Source: Curvularia clavata (Eukaryota). Taken from it: 64,000 bases of DNA. The notes under the pieces are model-generated. The model ran no database searches. It worked only from the letters and a program-made list of their open reading frames with translations, and was not told the origin of the DNA. Within the stretch, counting starts at the first letter, position 1, and each line of letters begins with the position of its first letter. The translations under genes were made by a program, and so were the position numbers. Positions 47,123 through 60,478 of this stretch are shown piece by piece. The stretch lies in NCBI GenBank assembly GCA_023920165.1, contig CP089275.1, forward strand, positions 2,914,001 to 2,978,000, written 5' to 3'.

Positions 47123-49243
47123 ATGGAACAAGCTGACATGGTTCCAGCATCAGACGCGCAGATCACATACGCCGAGAACAAGAACGAGAACGAAACAAGC
47201 CAAGGTGCCGCTCTAGGTGATGCTTCGGGTACCAGTCAAGGCGCTGTTCAAGGTGCTCCTCAAGGTAAGGTTCTTTCCTCCACTTCTCTTGATCAATGTT
47301 TGAGCAATATCACAGGCTTGTTCATGACGATGAATCTCGGGGGCGTACGCCCAAGCTTCATGGCCAATATGCCGTATAACGAGTTCAAGTTCCCTAAAGG
47401 CGGTGCTATTAATGCCACCATTGTCGACATCATTGTCTTGCTTCCTCAATGGTTTCGCAACCCTCGCTTGTTGACACGCTTCATGAACAACGGCCTCACA
47501 ACCGCGTTTCACTACTACATTCTAGAGAAGTATCGTTACCTCAGCGTCCACACCGAAGAAGAGGTTGAGCGTGCCCACGAGCACCTCAGCACGGCGTACC
47601 GTAACAACATGCGCAAAATCGTCGCTTCCTGGACAAGGCGTAACCACGAGGTGCCACAAGACTGGGACACCTCCAAAATGGACATCCGTGACTATCTGCC
47701 TGAAGCTGCAAAGAAACCTCGATACGAAGCGCCGGAATCCATCAAGTTCAGTGACCTTGCCATTGGAGTGAAGCTGCTGCCCCAAGGCGATGATGCAGGA
47801 GATCTCACCCGTGCATTGGTCTTCGCGATGAACAACAGAAAGACTAACGAAGCTGGTCGCAGATTTCACTACGTGTTTCCGGATGACATCCATATCATTC
47901 TGAATCAGATTGGCAGGTCAGATTATACAGAGGCTAACTTTGACTGCGCAGTTATCGATCGGTACAAAGATGCTGTCAACTCTGCAAAGACGATGCGCTT
48001 CAGCCTGGCTTCCGGACCTGTTCAACAGACGGGTGGCTCGACGCATTCTCAGCAACAGCCGCCTCAGCAGGCTACATATGGGCAGTCAGGCTTGACACAG
48101 TCACTTGGACAGTCGTCAGGGTATAATGGATTTGGACAACCAGTCTCGATGCCGTCGTATCAACAGTGGCCTCACCAGGCCCCAGTTGGACAGCAAAGAC
48201 CTGCTCCGTCGCCATATGCGCTTACGCCAACGTATGGCATGCCTCACTCTTATGTGCCCAATCCGCATCAAAGCACCAGTACCTTCGAGCCCATTGCGCC
48301 CAGCCCGTATCAGAGTACCATCGCCTTCAGGCCCATGCCCATGGGACAGGCATCTATGACAACCCACACTCGTCCAGGCGCAAGCTACATCAGTCCTTAC
48401 ATCAACCGTCCCGAACAACATGTACACGGTGCCTCTCGATCCAACGCCCGACAACCGGCAGCAGTTGTAGCATCCGAAGTTGCATCCGACCTAGCGACTC
48501 GTGCTCTTGGTCAGCCCACTGGAGACCTTCTCAGTGTCCCTGATATCTGCAAGTACACAGGCGAGGAGCCGGTGGAGCCCTTGCAGTTCCCAAAACACTG
48601 TACTGAGGAGCAGCAGACGGATTGGCTCATGGCTGCCAACCAGAGTCGGAAGCTGGGCTCACCTCCGCCGTGGCTGGATCCACTGTCAGAACAGAATGGA
48701 GATACCAAGCAGCAGTCTACCGTTGGTACTACTGGTCCTCCTTCACCTTATAAAAAGCTAGGCTCACATCTGCCGAGGTTGGATCCAGTGTTCAAACATG
48801 ATCAAGATGCCAAGCAACAGTCTGCTGCTGGTACTATAGATCCTCCTCCACCTTGTTCAGTCCTTGCCGGTTATGATGAGGATCCACTCTTCGAAAAGAG
48901 TGAAGATGCCATGGAGTAGTTTTCCATTGGTGCCACTGATCCTTCTTTGCCTTCTTCAGTCTTTGCCGGCCTTGACGAGGAGCTACTGTTTGGACAGCAT
49001 GGAGATATCATGCAACAGTTCGCTACTGATAACATCGATCCGGCTTTACTTTTTCAAGGCTTTGAGAGTCATGATCAGGACAATATTGGTGATGAGGATA
49101 TCGAGGGCGGTATGGAGTTTGAAGACGATGAGGTCGAACGCGACGATGACGCTGAGATGGATTCGGACGAAGACGAGGAGTTGAAGGGCAATGAATGCGA
49201 GGGCGATGAAGAGGAGCTCTTCCACTATCGTGCTCAGAAGTAG
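47123..49243 (+). CDS. Unknown-family paralog 3 with an in-frame TAG at 48917-48919 followed by 107 further in-frame codons
   Basis: First ATG at 47123. Shared motif LAIGVKLLPQGDDAGDLTRALVF and a Gln/Pro-rich middle. ORF 48947-49243 is in the same frame and continues the same repeat array. Confidence 0.8.
48650..49050 (+). repeat. Four degenerate 99-105 bp coding tandem repeats spanning the in-frame stop
   Basis: Aligned cores: GAT ACC AAG CAG CAG TCT (48701), GAT GCC AAG CAA CAG TCT (48806), GAT GCC ATG GAG TAG TTT (48905) and GAT ATC ATG CAA CAG TTC (49004). Confidence 0.8.
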
Positions 49244-52200
49244 GTGCGGGAGCGGGTTACGGAGCGACGTTGCGCCTGATGGTGTTGGGCTCGTTGCAAT
49301 GTTCTGTGAAGCGAACGATCAGTTGTGTTCCTAGTCTTGAGAATTCTGACTGGGTTGTTCTGAGCTTGAGGATTTCGACTGGGTGGTTCTCACTTGGTCA
49401 TCCTCGCTGGATCACTCTGACTGGTTCTCACTGTGTAACTCTGGCTATATAATTTATGGATGGGTAAAACACTCGATGGTGGAGGGCATTCCGGCACGTT
49501 CATGAGCTGTGAGAGAGAGTGGAACTTGCTACCATGTCAGCACCCTGTCTATCCTCTCACACATTGCGTTCTATACCCAGCCAGACACGAGCATCATGAT
49601 AGGAAATGAACTAGCACACTTTACTCGTGTTCAGCTTGGGATGCACCGTGAGCTCAGCGAATACCACAGCGTACTCGCAATGAGGCCTATCCTCCCTTAC
49701 CTTCACCGCACTTCCTGACAGTGTCACGTGACGAATCCTTCACCAGCTCAACCACCCACCGCCAATTACACCTTGTCAGTCGCAGCTGTACTTTCGGCCC
49801 CCAACAAAACGCCAGCCCCAAAGCCCCATCTAGACTGCCTACGTGCCTCTGCACCACGCTTCCCCCTCGTCCTGCGCTCAATTACCGCCCATGCAGCCTC
49901 CCCACCTATTACCTCACTCCAAGCCAGCATCGCAGTGTCACAACCCATGCCACTACATCATGACCGCCCGCCATCATCTAAAAACGGAAGATCGCCCTTC
50001 CCTTTCGCTTACCCCTGTCGCACGTCCCACGTCGGCCGCCCCAGCCCAACCCAGCCAGCCCAATGCCAATTCGCAGCCACCCAAACCCCAGTCCGCCACG
50101 CCCGCCCGTTTCGAAACAGGGAAACTGATAGAATGAAAAAAGTAAAAGGGAAGGATTCCAAAGGGGCCCTTGTCCAGCTGGAAAAGCAGGCGGTAGCCAC
50201 GGGCTGAAGCAAAACGAACAGCGTTTAGCGAACGGGCAGATACGGAACTAGGGGACGGGATGCAACACGGGCCCTAAATTTTTCCTTGGTGTCTATTTTC
50301 CCCTCTGTAACGTGAACCTCGGCGAGGCGGAAAACAAGGCGTGGTGGTGTGTGTTTGTACATAATGTGGGTTTTTGGCGAACAGAATTAGGAGGGGACAA
50401 AAGCCTCGGCAAGGCAGAAAAGCGGAAAAGGGTAGCGGGAACACGAAAAGAAAAAAAACGAGGTTACGGTAAAGGTAAGTGGGGCTGTCAGCACCGAAGT
50501 CGTCCAAATGGGGGAATCAGAGGACGGAATGAATGGGCGAATTCTTCGGACGCGCTGCTCTGGTGACTCGCATCCCGACGCGAGCGGCAAGTTAGGTACT
50601 AGTAGTTGGAGCTTTTCGGCCTTGCCATGATTGCCATATGGCCCGACTAGGCTGTAGTCACGGCTTCGCCATCGAGTTTCCGTCGTTCTTTTTTCCTTAA
50701 ACAGCCATCTACCGGGGGGATAAAAGAGAGGAAAAAACGTGGAATTATGCACGACTCCAAAAACATAAAACAACCCACGACGCCGGGTCAGGTCACTAGT
50801 AGAGACATGGGAAAAGCGCCTCGTGACATGGTTTTCTCTGCTAGGCGCGCGCAGATGTAGATCCGGCGCTGGGCAAAAGCAAAGTAAAAGAAAGCCATTC
50901 TTCCATCGACAATAAGTACATCGCCGACTTACAAAATACACCAGCTATTGAATGCACTTGCTTGCGCGTTTGAACTAAAATGGTTTCCATTGGTACTGGA
51001 CACACGCGCCCTCTCCCGCCACGTAGCCCCAGGCCATTTCAAGCGAAGGATTCCGGATGGCCAGCGATCCGAATCCCAAACTGGACAAGGGCAGCAGCAA
51101 ATCATATCAACTGAAGTCTTTTTTTGTACTGCGTCCTACCTCGTTCTGGGTCACATGGTCAAATAGACTTTTTAGATTGCGAGCCTCACAGCTGTACTCT
51201 AAACATTTGTCACGGTAGATAAGGGTACAGGGTAGGGCTAGGGATGAAGCGAGAAGGAAGGCAAAGCGGATGCAAGAAGGAAAAAAGAAAAGAGAGAGAA
51301 GCTACCTGATTCAGGATAGATACCTAGGCGCTGGCTCGAGAGCCGCAGTGAGGGGAAGGGGGGTGGCAAAGGATCAGAGAGTGAGGCGTAGGGAAGGCAG
51401 GGCGATGGAGAAGTATGCCGAGCAGAGAAAAAGAAAGCAAGGAGGGGCGTAGTGAGTGCAGAACAGTGCGATGCGTAATGTTTTGCAGGCAGTAGGTGAT
51501 TGACTGGATGGATATGCCGTCTCATTTCAGTTCACGTCAGTGCAAGTATGCATACCATGCAATGCCACGGCTTCGTCCAGACTGGCTACCCAAGGAAGGA
51601 AACATCGCTGTCTAAATTTTGCAATGCATCACTGTCTTTTGTCCCACTCCTACCGTCATCATCTGCATCTGCGTTCTCAACCTCTCAACTCACGAATCCC
51701 CTTCTAATCCACCCATACACACCAATGCCCAGGCACACCGATGCCCATACCTATCCCTATCTCCTTCTGCTGTCATGCCCCCGCCCTGCAAACTACACCT
51801 CCCAACCTACCCTCCATCTCAAATCCCGAAATACATGCAAGACCACAGCAAACCTCAGCATCGAGCACGACATCATCACGTCATTCACCTGCATCCAGCT
51901 ACCCCTCTCCTCCCTGTCCCTTACCATTGGCTCCACTGAATGTTGCTGATTGTTGATATGTATACATGTTGTAAATAAAATAGATTAGAAATCTCAACTA
52001 GCACCTTGTCTCCAGAGCCAAAAAAATAAAAATGGGAGAAAAGTACAGAAACCATATACGTGCACACATGTGGAGACAAACAAATATTCAGTCTCCTTCC
52101 TATTTATTCGTATCTCGTGAAGAGAAAAGCAGGGGAGTGAAGAAAGTCTAATAATTTAAAATCATTTGTTTAGTAGTGATGTCGTGAGAAGATAAAATAT

Positions 52201-55200
52201 TTTTTGTAGTTAGTTAGCTATACCATTTTACCACAATTTGGACGTGTGTGTATAATTCACTACAATTTTTTTAAAAAAAAAAATCATTTATTGCTTGCAC
52301 GATACATTCGATATAATTTAACTATGATTCTTCATTACTCAGCTACATTCTACCTCACTACCAAAAAAAAAACACGCATTTTCTTAGGTTGTACGCAGAG
52401 TGGTATATCCAACCCCTCACTACATACAACGTACGTACATCCCCTTACCCAACACACCCATCTCCACGTGACCCTTCCCCAAAAATACCCCCCCACAGCC
52501 TCCAAATCCTCACGATGGCCGTTCCTCAATCAACAGTCACAATCACGATACGCAATGTCGCCGGTGAGATTGACGTGGGGGGAGGGTTTGAAAATCCAAC
52601 TAGTAAGTAAGCAGACGAAGTGTCGCAAGTTTCACATTTAATTTTGGCCCCCAAAAAAACTCGTCTACCATCCCAGAAACAGGCATTGGAAACGAGTTAC
52701 AAACCCATGTCCCACCCCCAGTACATACTATGTACATACACATACAGTTACAAGGCAAGCAAGAAAGAAAGCCGGGTTCGCTTTCGCTTGCAAATAGGTA
52801 AAAAATACAATGCACGGGTACAAATACGGCACGAACAAAAATTAACCTACTACGTACTGTGTTATGAACCATGGAAGAAAAAGAGAGGCTAGCATGGAAG
52901 CAGGCCAGAAGGAAAAGAGCAGGTATCAGGGCCAGAAAAAAAATCCCGCCGAACGGAAGGGGGTAGGTAGTGCGTGGTGGTGGGCGGGAGTGGAGGGGGA
53001 GGGGTATTCGGTACATACTATGAGGGTGTATGCAAGCGTGCGTGCGTGCGTGGTGAGAGTGGGGACCCAACAACCCAAACCACTCCACTTCACTCAGACA
53101 AGGGGGGCACCATTTTCTCGCTATCCCATGTTCTTCTGTTTGTGTGTCGTCGGCAGAAATTTGCCGGATACGTGCCTTTCGTATTCTAACGGCTGGAAAT
53201 TTGGGTAACTACAAGGCTCCCGAATAGTCCAAACCCGTGTCCTCACACCCACCCCCCTCCCCCTTCCAAATCATTGTTCGAATCGAACCTAAGGCCGTTT
53301 CGCCGCCCGGTCATTACCAGAAACGAGTATCGCTGCCGAATCTTATTTTTTTTTAACCTTTGGTTTAATCCCCGACCGTTGCCGCGGCTAGCTTGGTGCG
53401 TATTATGGTTCGCTATTGGTGGGAACAGCGACAAGCCGATTGCTTCACATTGATAGTTGTCATCAGCACGCATTGGCCCTTTTTTTTTTCTTCACAGAGG
53501 CCGACTGACGAAGGATATTGCATCGTTTGGGTCCAACGGTAAGATACGGGGGCCAGGTCGGGATGTTAGCGAGCGGAGTTGACTCCGCTCCGCTGCGTGT
53601 GCCTCTTTGCTCTCAGTCTCTCCACCGCCCACTAACTCGCCTTGCTGCGCGACATGCCCGCGTGGGCGACCTCGCGTCCTTCGCTTGGTTGTCGGCCGAG
53701 AGATAGTAGTGCAGTTAAATCCTTTCCCCAAACAGAAGTACTTGCTGCGCTCCTGTTCAGCCTCGGCCGCTTGCAAGCGACAATCAAAGTCAAACAAGAG
53801 CCAATCATGCAACACGAGTACTGTTACAAAACGGCCTCGCGGCGGTTGATTCCTTAGGCCAACGACGGCCCCAGCAGCTGGGTGCAGTGATGCAGCACAA
53901 ATGGCAAGGAATGACAAGCAGCAGTTACAGCTGTCCGCTCGGCTATAATTAGACGGCAAGCGGTTTAGCGTCGCACAACGGCTTTTCCATGGGACTGGCT
54001 CGACAGGCCAACAGCGGCACAAGCGGGCTCGCCAGGCCTTCTGGATGCTTGGCCCACAGCCTTCTGACCCCGCTTATTCGTTCGCAAGGCAATTTGGCCT
54101 TGCATCAGGCTGCCACCCTGGTCGTGTATCTGACAGCCGCGGGTCTATGGTAGATGATGAAAGGATGGAGATTTAGATTGTAGTTCCGACGGCATCGGGC
54201 CGCGTGCACACTCGACAGATTGGGGTATGAGGTGCGAACAACAGCCTCTCCACTCGCTTATTTTGTGACACTGGCAGGACCATAGACAAAGGGTTCTTGC
54301 CGTAGGGATATCTGTGAGATGATGGAGAAAGGAGGGGGTCGTGCGTATTACAAAGACGCTGAATGACTCTGTCCTTAACGTATCAGACGTCGACGCTGGG
54401 CGGGTTGGACTCAAGGACGGCTGTACCCTGGGAGAGCCGCACTATGCAGTTGGCCGACGATGACGCAGTGGACTGCAAGTCGCTCTCGCCCGTGTCTGCA
54501 TTACGTTTGCGTCCAAGCTGTACTCGCCTTTAGAAGAATCCCGGAAGCGTCGTACAGGGTGCGGCGCTTGTGTGCAGCCTTCGAGACCCGGGAGCAAGGT
54601 CTCGGGTTCGTGTTCAGCTCCTGACTGACTTCCGAAAGTGGCCCCGGGAGGGGCCAAACGAGGGGGCAAACGCCATGGTTGGGCGAGAACAATTGTTCCT
54701 CGCGCACGCCGTGGTTTGGCCGCTGCTAATGTACGTATGGTGGAGGGATGCTGCAGCAGCCTATGCCTCTTGTGTGAGCTGGGACGTACAGCTACCTGGT
54801 GTGTTCGGCTTTGGACGAGACCAATGGCAGTTCCAAGGACAGAGACAGGAATGTTGACGTCGCAAACGAAAGCGCAAAGTATGATTGCACAGGGGATGCA
54901 TGTGCTGTACGCGTAGTCCAGACCAGCGATCGAACATCCAACAACAAGCACATGCGTGTTTGTTGTGCTGCTTGTCAGCGATGCAGACATATGTGCTGAT
55001 GCCATTAGCCTTATCACAACAATCGGGATCTGCTTCCTAGATGCCGCCTACCTGCATTGTTGACTGAGGGCGTTGTATGTGTCCTATTTCGCTGTTCCTA
55101 GGATGTTTGACAACAAACGCCGTGTATCATGAGCTTAATATATACCGATTCTAATTATCCACCATTAAACGCCCCAATTGTTGATTGCATTCTCGCCTGC

Positions 55201-58200
55201 AAGCGAGTTTTGTGCCCTTATCTGAGCACCGTCGGACGTGAGGACCCAGAGCCACGGTAACTTAACGGGCTTTCGGGACGAACGTCGCAGGCTGTGGGGT
55301 AGTCGTCATGCATGAGATGCCATTTGAGCAATAGCGATCACAACATGATCGTGGATGGAAGCGAGATGCGGAATCCAGTTCAATTGGTGTGCTGAACAGA
55401 GCAGGATAAGCTTGCGTTCTATGACGAACTTTGGGGTATTGCTGCATAGCCCAAGATCAAAGACAAGGACACGGACAAGTTGAACTAGCGACGACGACGT
55501 CAACACTGCATGAGACTGCGCTTGCTAGAATTCGATGCACCAGACTCGGCGAACACGGAAAAAAAATATGATGAAGTGACGTGACATGTGGAGGGTCAAA
55601 GTGAAAAGCAAGGCGTCGTCATGCAGAAGGACAATGGACAGTTGTCGAAGGGAGCAACAAGGATGATCTGTCGAATGCCGGGGTGAAGCATGAGGGGCGA
55701 GACAATCTGGTGGTACAGCATACGTCTGTCAAGGTACTTCAGCAACACTCGACAATTGCTGTTCCGATGTGATGACCAGCTGACACATAGTTGGTGATGT
55801 GACAAGCCGATGAGCAGCGGGATATACCGCTCACATGACTGAAAGTGATACACAGCGCATCGCAGCGCTGGATTTGGTGGACGGGGCCGTTGGTATCGGG
55901 CAGTAAGCGGAGTGATTGACAACTGTCAGGGATCAGACGGTGTTTGCCGGGCAGCCTTCAATAAATCGACGAGTCAGTGATTGTCGAACAGAATACTGAG
56001 ATCTCTCAAGGGAAGTTTCTGCTGTGTCTCGTATACCTAATGGCAGAGGCACATTCTTGATCGGCGCTCGGCCGTACTGTAGTAACGAAAGTATGTGAGG
56101 TGCCTACCTCAAACGAGAAAATATAGGCTAGCAGACAACGTTGGAAAACTGGCAAATGAGAAGGGAAAGCGCGCTGATGTGCTGATGAAAATACGTTAAA
56201 TGTCAATCAAACTGTATAATGCGGACTCCATCTACACTGGCGAGTAAGTATACGTAATGTGGCGGCGATGAAGAGTGGCACATCACTTTTGTCTATTGAC
56301 AAGCTTGCCAAACAAAGGCACATGTCGCGATTTACTGTCACCCCAGCCTTGTCTGGACCCACTTTGTCTTTGGGTAGTAAGATGGCGCGAAACGATGCTT
56401 CTTGTCGGCTGGCGCTGTCCGAAACTTTTTGCGGTTTAGGTGTGAACGGTGTTGAGCGCCACCATTTTTCCATTTCAGGACGGCAATTGCTTTGACAAAC
56501 GCCCCAGTTGTCAGCTGGGGGTAGCGGACTAGTGCGCCTCACGTTGGTGTAACAAAACGGGAAAGTGTGGACACAGAAAAGGAGGGAAGGATGTGTATGG
56601 CAATAATGTATCTCGGCGTTTCAGTGTAGGACCGGATGCCAAAGCTTGGAAGACGAAAAAAAAAGCAGATGTAACACCGTGTTCACCAGACAGTGCTGAA
56701 TTGTAGATCTCCATCTGGGGGTGAGCCAAGCGGGCGATCATTGCTACTGCAGATCATGCGCGCACAGGTATCAGATTTGAAAAGAAGGGTCAGCGGTACC
56801 CTTTGTATAGTGGATGCGGACACGCTGGTAAGACGCGTATCTGAAAGTGACTTTGAAGGGTACAGCTAGCACGAAATGTGACCCAAAGTGACAGCAACGC
56901 TACGTGTAATGCAAAGGCGATCTGGATCCAGCATTCAACGGGCACGAGCGATGAAGGCGCTCATGTGGTCGTCTGCAAGGCACTGGGCGTTGCATCATGA
57001 CTACACTTTGAGCATGTCGGTTGAAGCTGACTCGGCAAAAGGCAACATTCCTTGTATTCGATATCGAGCGCGGTGAGTTCGGCGAGGTCCACCCACGCGT
57101 GGCAATACTCGTCAGTCTTGGCGTGCGGCACAAGGGGAATAGTGCGACTAAGATCTCGATTTGATGCCTGGTTGCAATCAAGTTGGGTTCCACAGGCTAG
57201 GGAAAAGACCGACAGGTACGAAAGTCGACGCTGTCTGCTGGACGATGAGGTGACGTGAGTGCCATGATGGGCGGCGCTAACGGCTTTTGGGCTGGATATG
57301 GAGAGGGAAGCAGGGGGGAGAGGATGAGGTGGATGAGAGTCGGCATGGGCCGAGCAACCGAATGGAACAAAACCGACGGGCTCGGCCGTCGATCTTGGAC
57401 GTAATGTCCTAAGCAGATTATGCTGTGCTGGCGCAGTGTAGCATGTTTGCTTCTGCAGCGCTCTTGCACAGGAAGAGAAAGGGGTTTGGGCGGGCCTGTC
57501 GATCCGATTTGGGGCGGGCGCTCAGATCTGAGCTAAACGGCTTTTCCTCGCTGGCGCTGCATCTTGCGTTAGGTCCATGGACCAAGGAGGCGCCAGAGCT
57601 GCAGGCTAGCGCACTAGACAGGAGTCAATGACGAGTCAGTGGAGCTTCATTTGCGGCGTCGAGGGCGGCGTGCAGAATGACTATTGTATGTACATGCTGT
57701 CAGCGCCCTGATGGTTTGCAGACGGGAGAATTGGGCGCGGGAGGAGAATGTCCGCGACGGCAGAGAGCACCGAGGGGCGGGTACGAGGCTCCAAGGTCAC
57801 CTGGATGCCTGGCACAGTGAGGCTGGAGAGGGGCCACGGCGTGGTCTAGGTCATGTGTTTGACCGCTGGCGTGCCGCTGTCAAAAACCGTGGGCTCCAGA
57901 GGTCGATTAGTAAACGGTGATTGCAACGGTAAACCGCATCGAGACGAGATGGGTGGGTTGCGCGCCACTGTCAACCAGATGGCCATGGCTGCAGGGGGTG
58001 CGATGGTGGGGAGAAAAGCAAGTCGCAGTGCTGGCTGCCATGGGGGAGAGGTGGGTTTCAGGATGCAGAGAAGTAGCAGGCGCGGGCGGTGATTGGCCCG
58101 GCGGGTGTATTTCGTCAATCTGATCTTGACGATCTCGGCCGGGGATCCCTGCGTAGCAGCGTGGGAGAAGCAAGAGGGCAGAATCCAAATACCAGAGCCA

Positions 58201-58791
58201 CGTACAGCGGTTAACCCTTCTTGGGCGGCAGCTTAGCAGCGGCATGGTAGTTGGCCATGCTGAAACCAACGCGCGGCACGACACAACTGCACATCAGGGC
58301 GGGCTGTGGTTGGCGCGCAGCGGTTGATGGTGGATCGGCAGACGTGCATGTCACGGGCGCGGCATCGAACAAACAAGCTATACCTGGGCGTGCAACCATC
58401 ATGTTGTAGTAGTATCGATGTCAAGGTTCAACGTCGCCGACCTCTGGAGTAGCACCGCGTCCAAGGTGGACATGCAGAAACTTGGTCGACATTGCCCACG
58501 ATGGTGGCGATCGACGCACCAGGGGGGGAGCAGGACCCTCCATGACAAACATGTCAGGGTTGCTGCAGGGAACATGTCTCAAGCCTTGGTAAGTCGTCGC
58601 TCCCCTTCCACCCGTGCAAATCGTCGTCTTTACGTGCAGACGGGGGAGGCGGGGCGGCCACGACCAAAGTCAATATTGTGCGAGTCGTGGGGAGGAGTAA
58701 TGGGCGGAGTCGATTCCGCGGATGCAGGTTGCACTGGCGCAGGGCGACAACATGGTCATGTTTGTGTCCATGTGCGGGTGGGTGTGGGTGA

Positions 58792-58835
58792 GTATGTATG
58801 TATGTATGTATGGATGGATGGATGGATGGATGGAT
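58792..58835. repeat. Compound microsatellite (GTAT)5(GGAT)6
   Basis: Read directly from the sequence. Confidence 0.95.
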
Positions 58836-59514
58836 GTGTATTTGTTTGTGGATGTGGATATGTGAGCACTATCACAGGCCCTTTGGGTGGGCCGACGACG
58901 TTTGGCTCGTGGGTCGTGAAACCTGTCGCACGAAAGCATGGCCGTGACATGCAGAGCGACACATGATGCAGCGTAGGCAGAGACAGGACCGTAGACAGGC
59001 AGAGCCATGGCTGTGTCGCTGGAACCACCGTTGGTACCAGGAGGCGGGAGCCGGCACAGCAGCATCGGTAGCAGTAGCGCAAGGGGAGGGGGGAGAAGAC
59101 AATTAGGTGCGGCTGATGCGCACCAGAGCCAACGAGAGTAGGGCGAGCAGCAGCGTCTCGTGGCCTCTTTGACCAAGCGGAAGGCCCCGCGCGAAGCTCC
59201 GGCGAACAGAGGGAATGTGTGGCGGTGGTGGTTGTGGTTGAAGGATGGTATGCTGGGAGCATGGGTTGGCGATCCGGCGACTCAGGGACCGACCCAGGCC
59301 GACCGCGACACAGACACATGGTCACCAATAGTCGCCGGCCACGCTGGGGAAAGCGAACGCGATGCACGCCTTGGCACATGTTTTCGCAATCGCGTTGCAC
59401 CCCGGCGCGGGCAGGGGTGATGAATCAACGGCAAAGGGCATGAGGATTTGCGTGCATGCGCAGTCCGAGGCCGCCGATGCGGTGAGGGCAGGGCAGAGCA
59501 GGACAGGGCGGGCG

Positions 59515-60170
59515 GGCAGGCAGGCAGGCAGGGCGAGAGCGAGGCTGGCGACGAGGGGAAGCATTGCTGGATTCGAGGTGGGTTGCAGCATGTCGTATGT
59601 ACAGTCCATGTCGTGTGTAGTATGTAGTAGTAGTAAGCAGTGTACATACAAGAAGGTGGGTGGGCAGGCGGCGGCTGAGGCTCAGCGAAACACAGCACCC
59701 AGCCCGTCGGAAGCTGTGCGTCCCGGAAACTCTACCCCGGATCTGATGCGTCAGCCACAAGCCTGCGCCGCACTTGCGCCCACACACACACACTCACAAA
59801 GCCCAAACTCTCGCTCGCCCTCGTCGCCCTCTGCAACAACGACAGGGACCCGCGGGACCAGCGGGACCACACTGGGACCGGCGCCACCTCGGTCGACCCG
59901 GATGCGATGCAACACCGCAGCTGTGCTCTGCCGCCTGCCTGCCTGCCTGCCAGCCTGCCAGCCTGGGCCCAGGGCGGACATTACCACGGCCCAGGCTGCC
60001 TCAATCCTGGCCGCGACGACAATAGCAACACTCCCGCGGTTGAGTCGCGGTGTCAAGTAGAGTGCACGCTGAGCACCCCACCGATGGCGTAACGTGGCCC
60101 ACCACCGGGGCGCGTGAATGGAGAAGGTCGAGCGACTGGCAGACAGGCAGACAGGCAGACAGACAGACAG
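59515..60170. repeat. Cluster of short tandem repeats: (GGCA)4, CA repeat, (GCCT/GCCA)8 and a GGCA/GACA tract
   Basis: Located at 59515-59530, about 59781-59798, 59933-59964 and 60136-60170. Confidence 0.85.
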
Positions 60171-60450
60171 CAGCCTCACTCGGATCGAGATGATAGCGTC
60201 ACACACCCTCTACGATACCCGCGCTGCAAAGGCACGAGATGATGCACCCCAGTCGAGGCACGTCGGCGATACACTCCACCTAGCCAAAGCTGGCTGACGA
60301 CGTCTTTTGGCAATCAACGGTTTTTCTGCTTCCCAAAACGTCGTCGACTGCCCCTCTGCGCATGCCGAAACGGGCCCTCGGACTGGGGCTAACAGTATTC
60401 CAAATGCTACGCCCGCCGCTGACTGGTGCACCTCTCCCACATGAGCGGAC

Positions 60451-60478
60451 TCGCTACTTTTCGCTACTTTTCGCTACT
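60451..60478. repeat. 10-bp tandem repeat (TCGCTACTTT) x2.8
   Basis: Read directly from the sequence. Confidence 0.9.
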
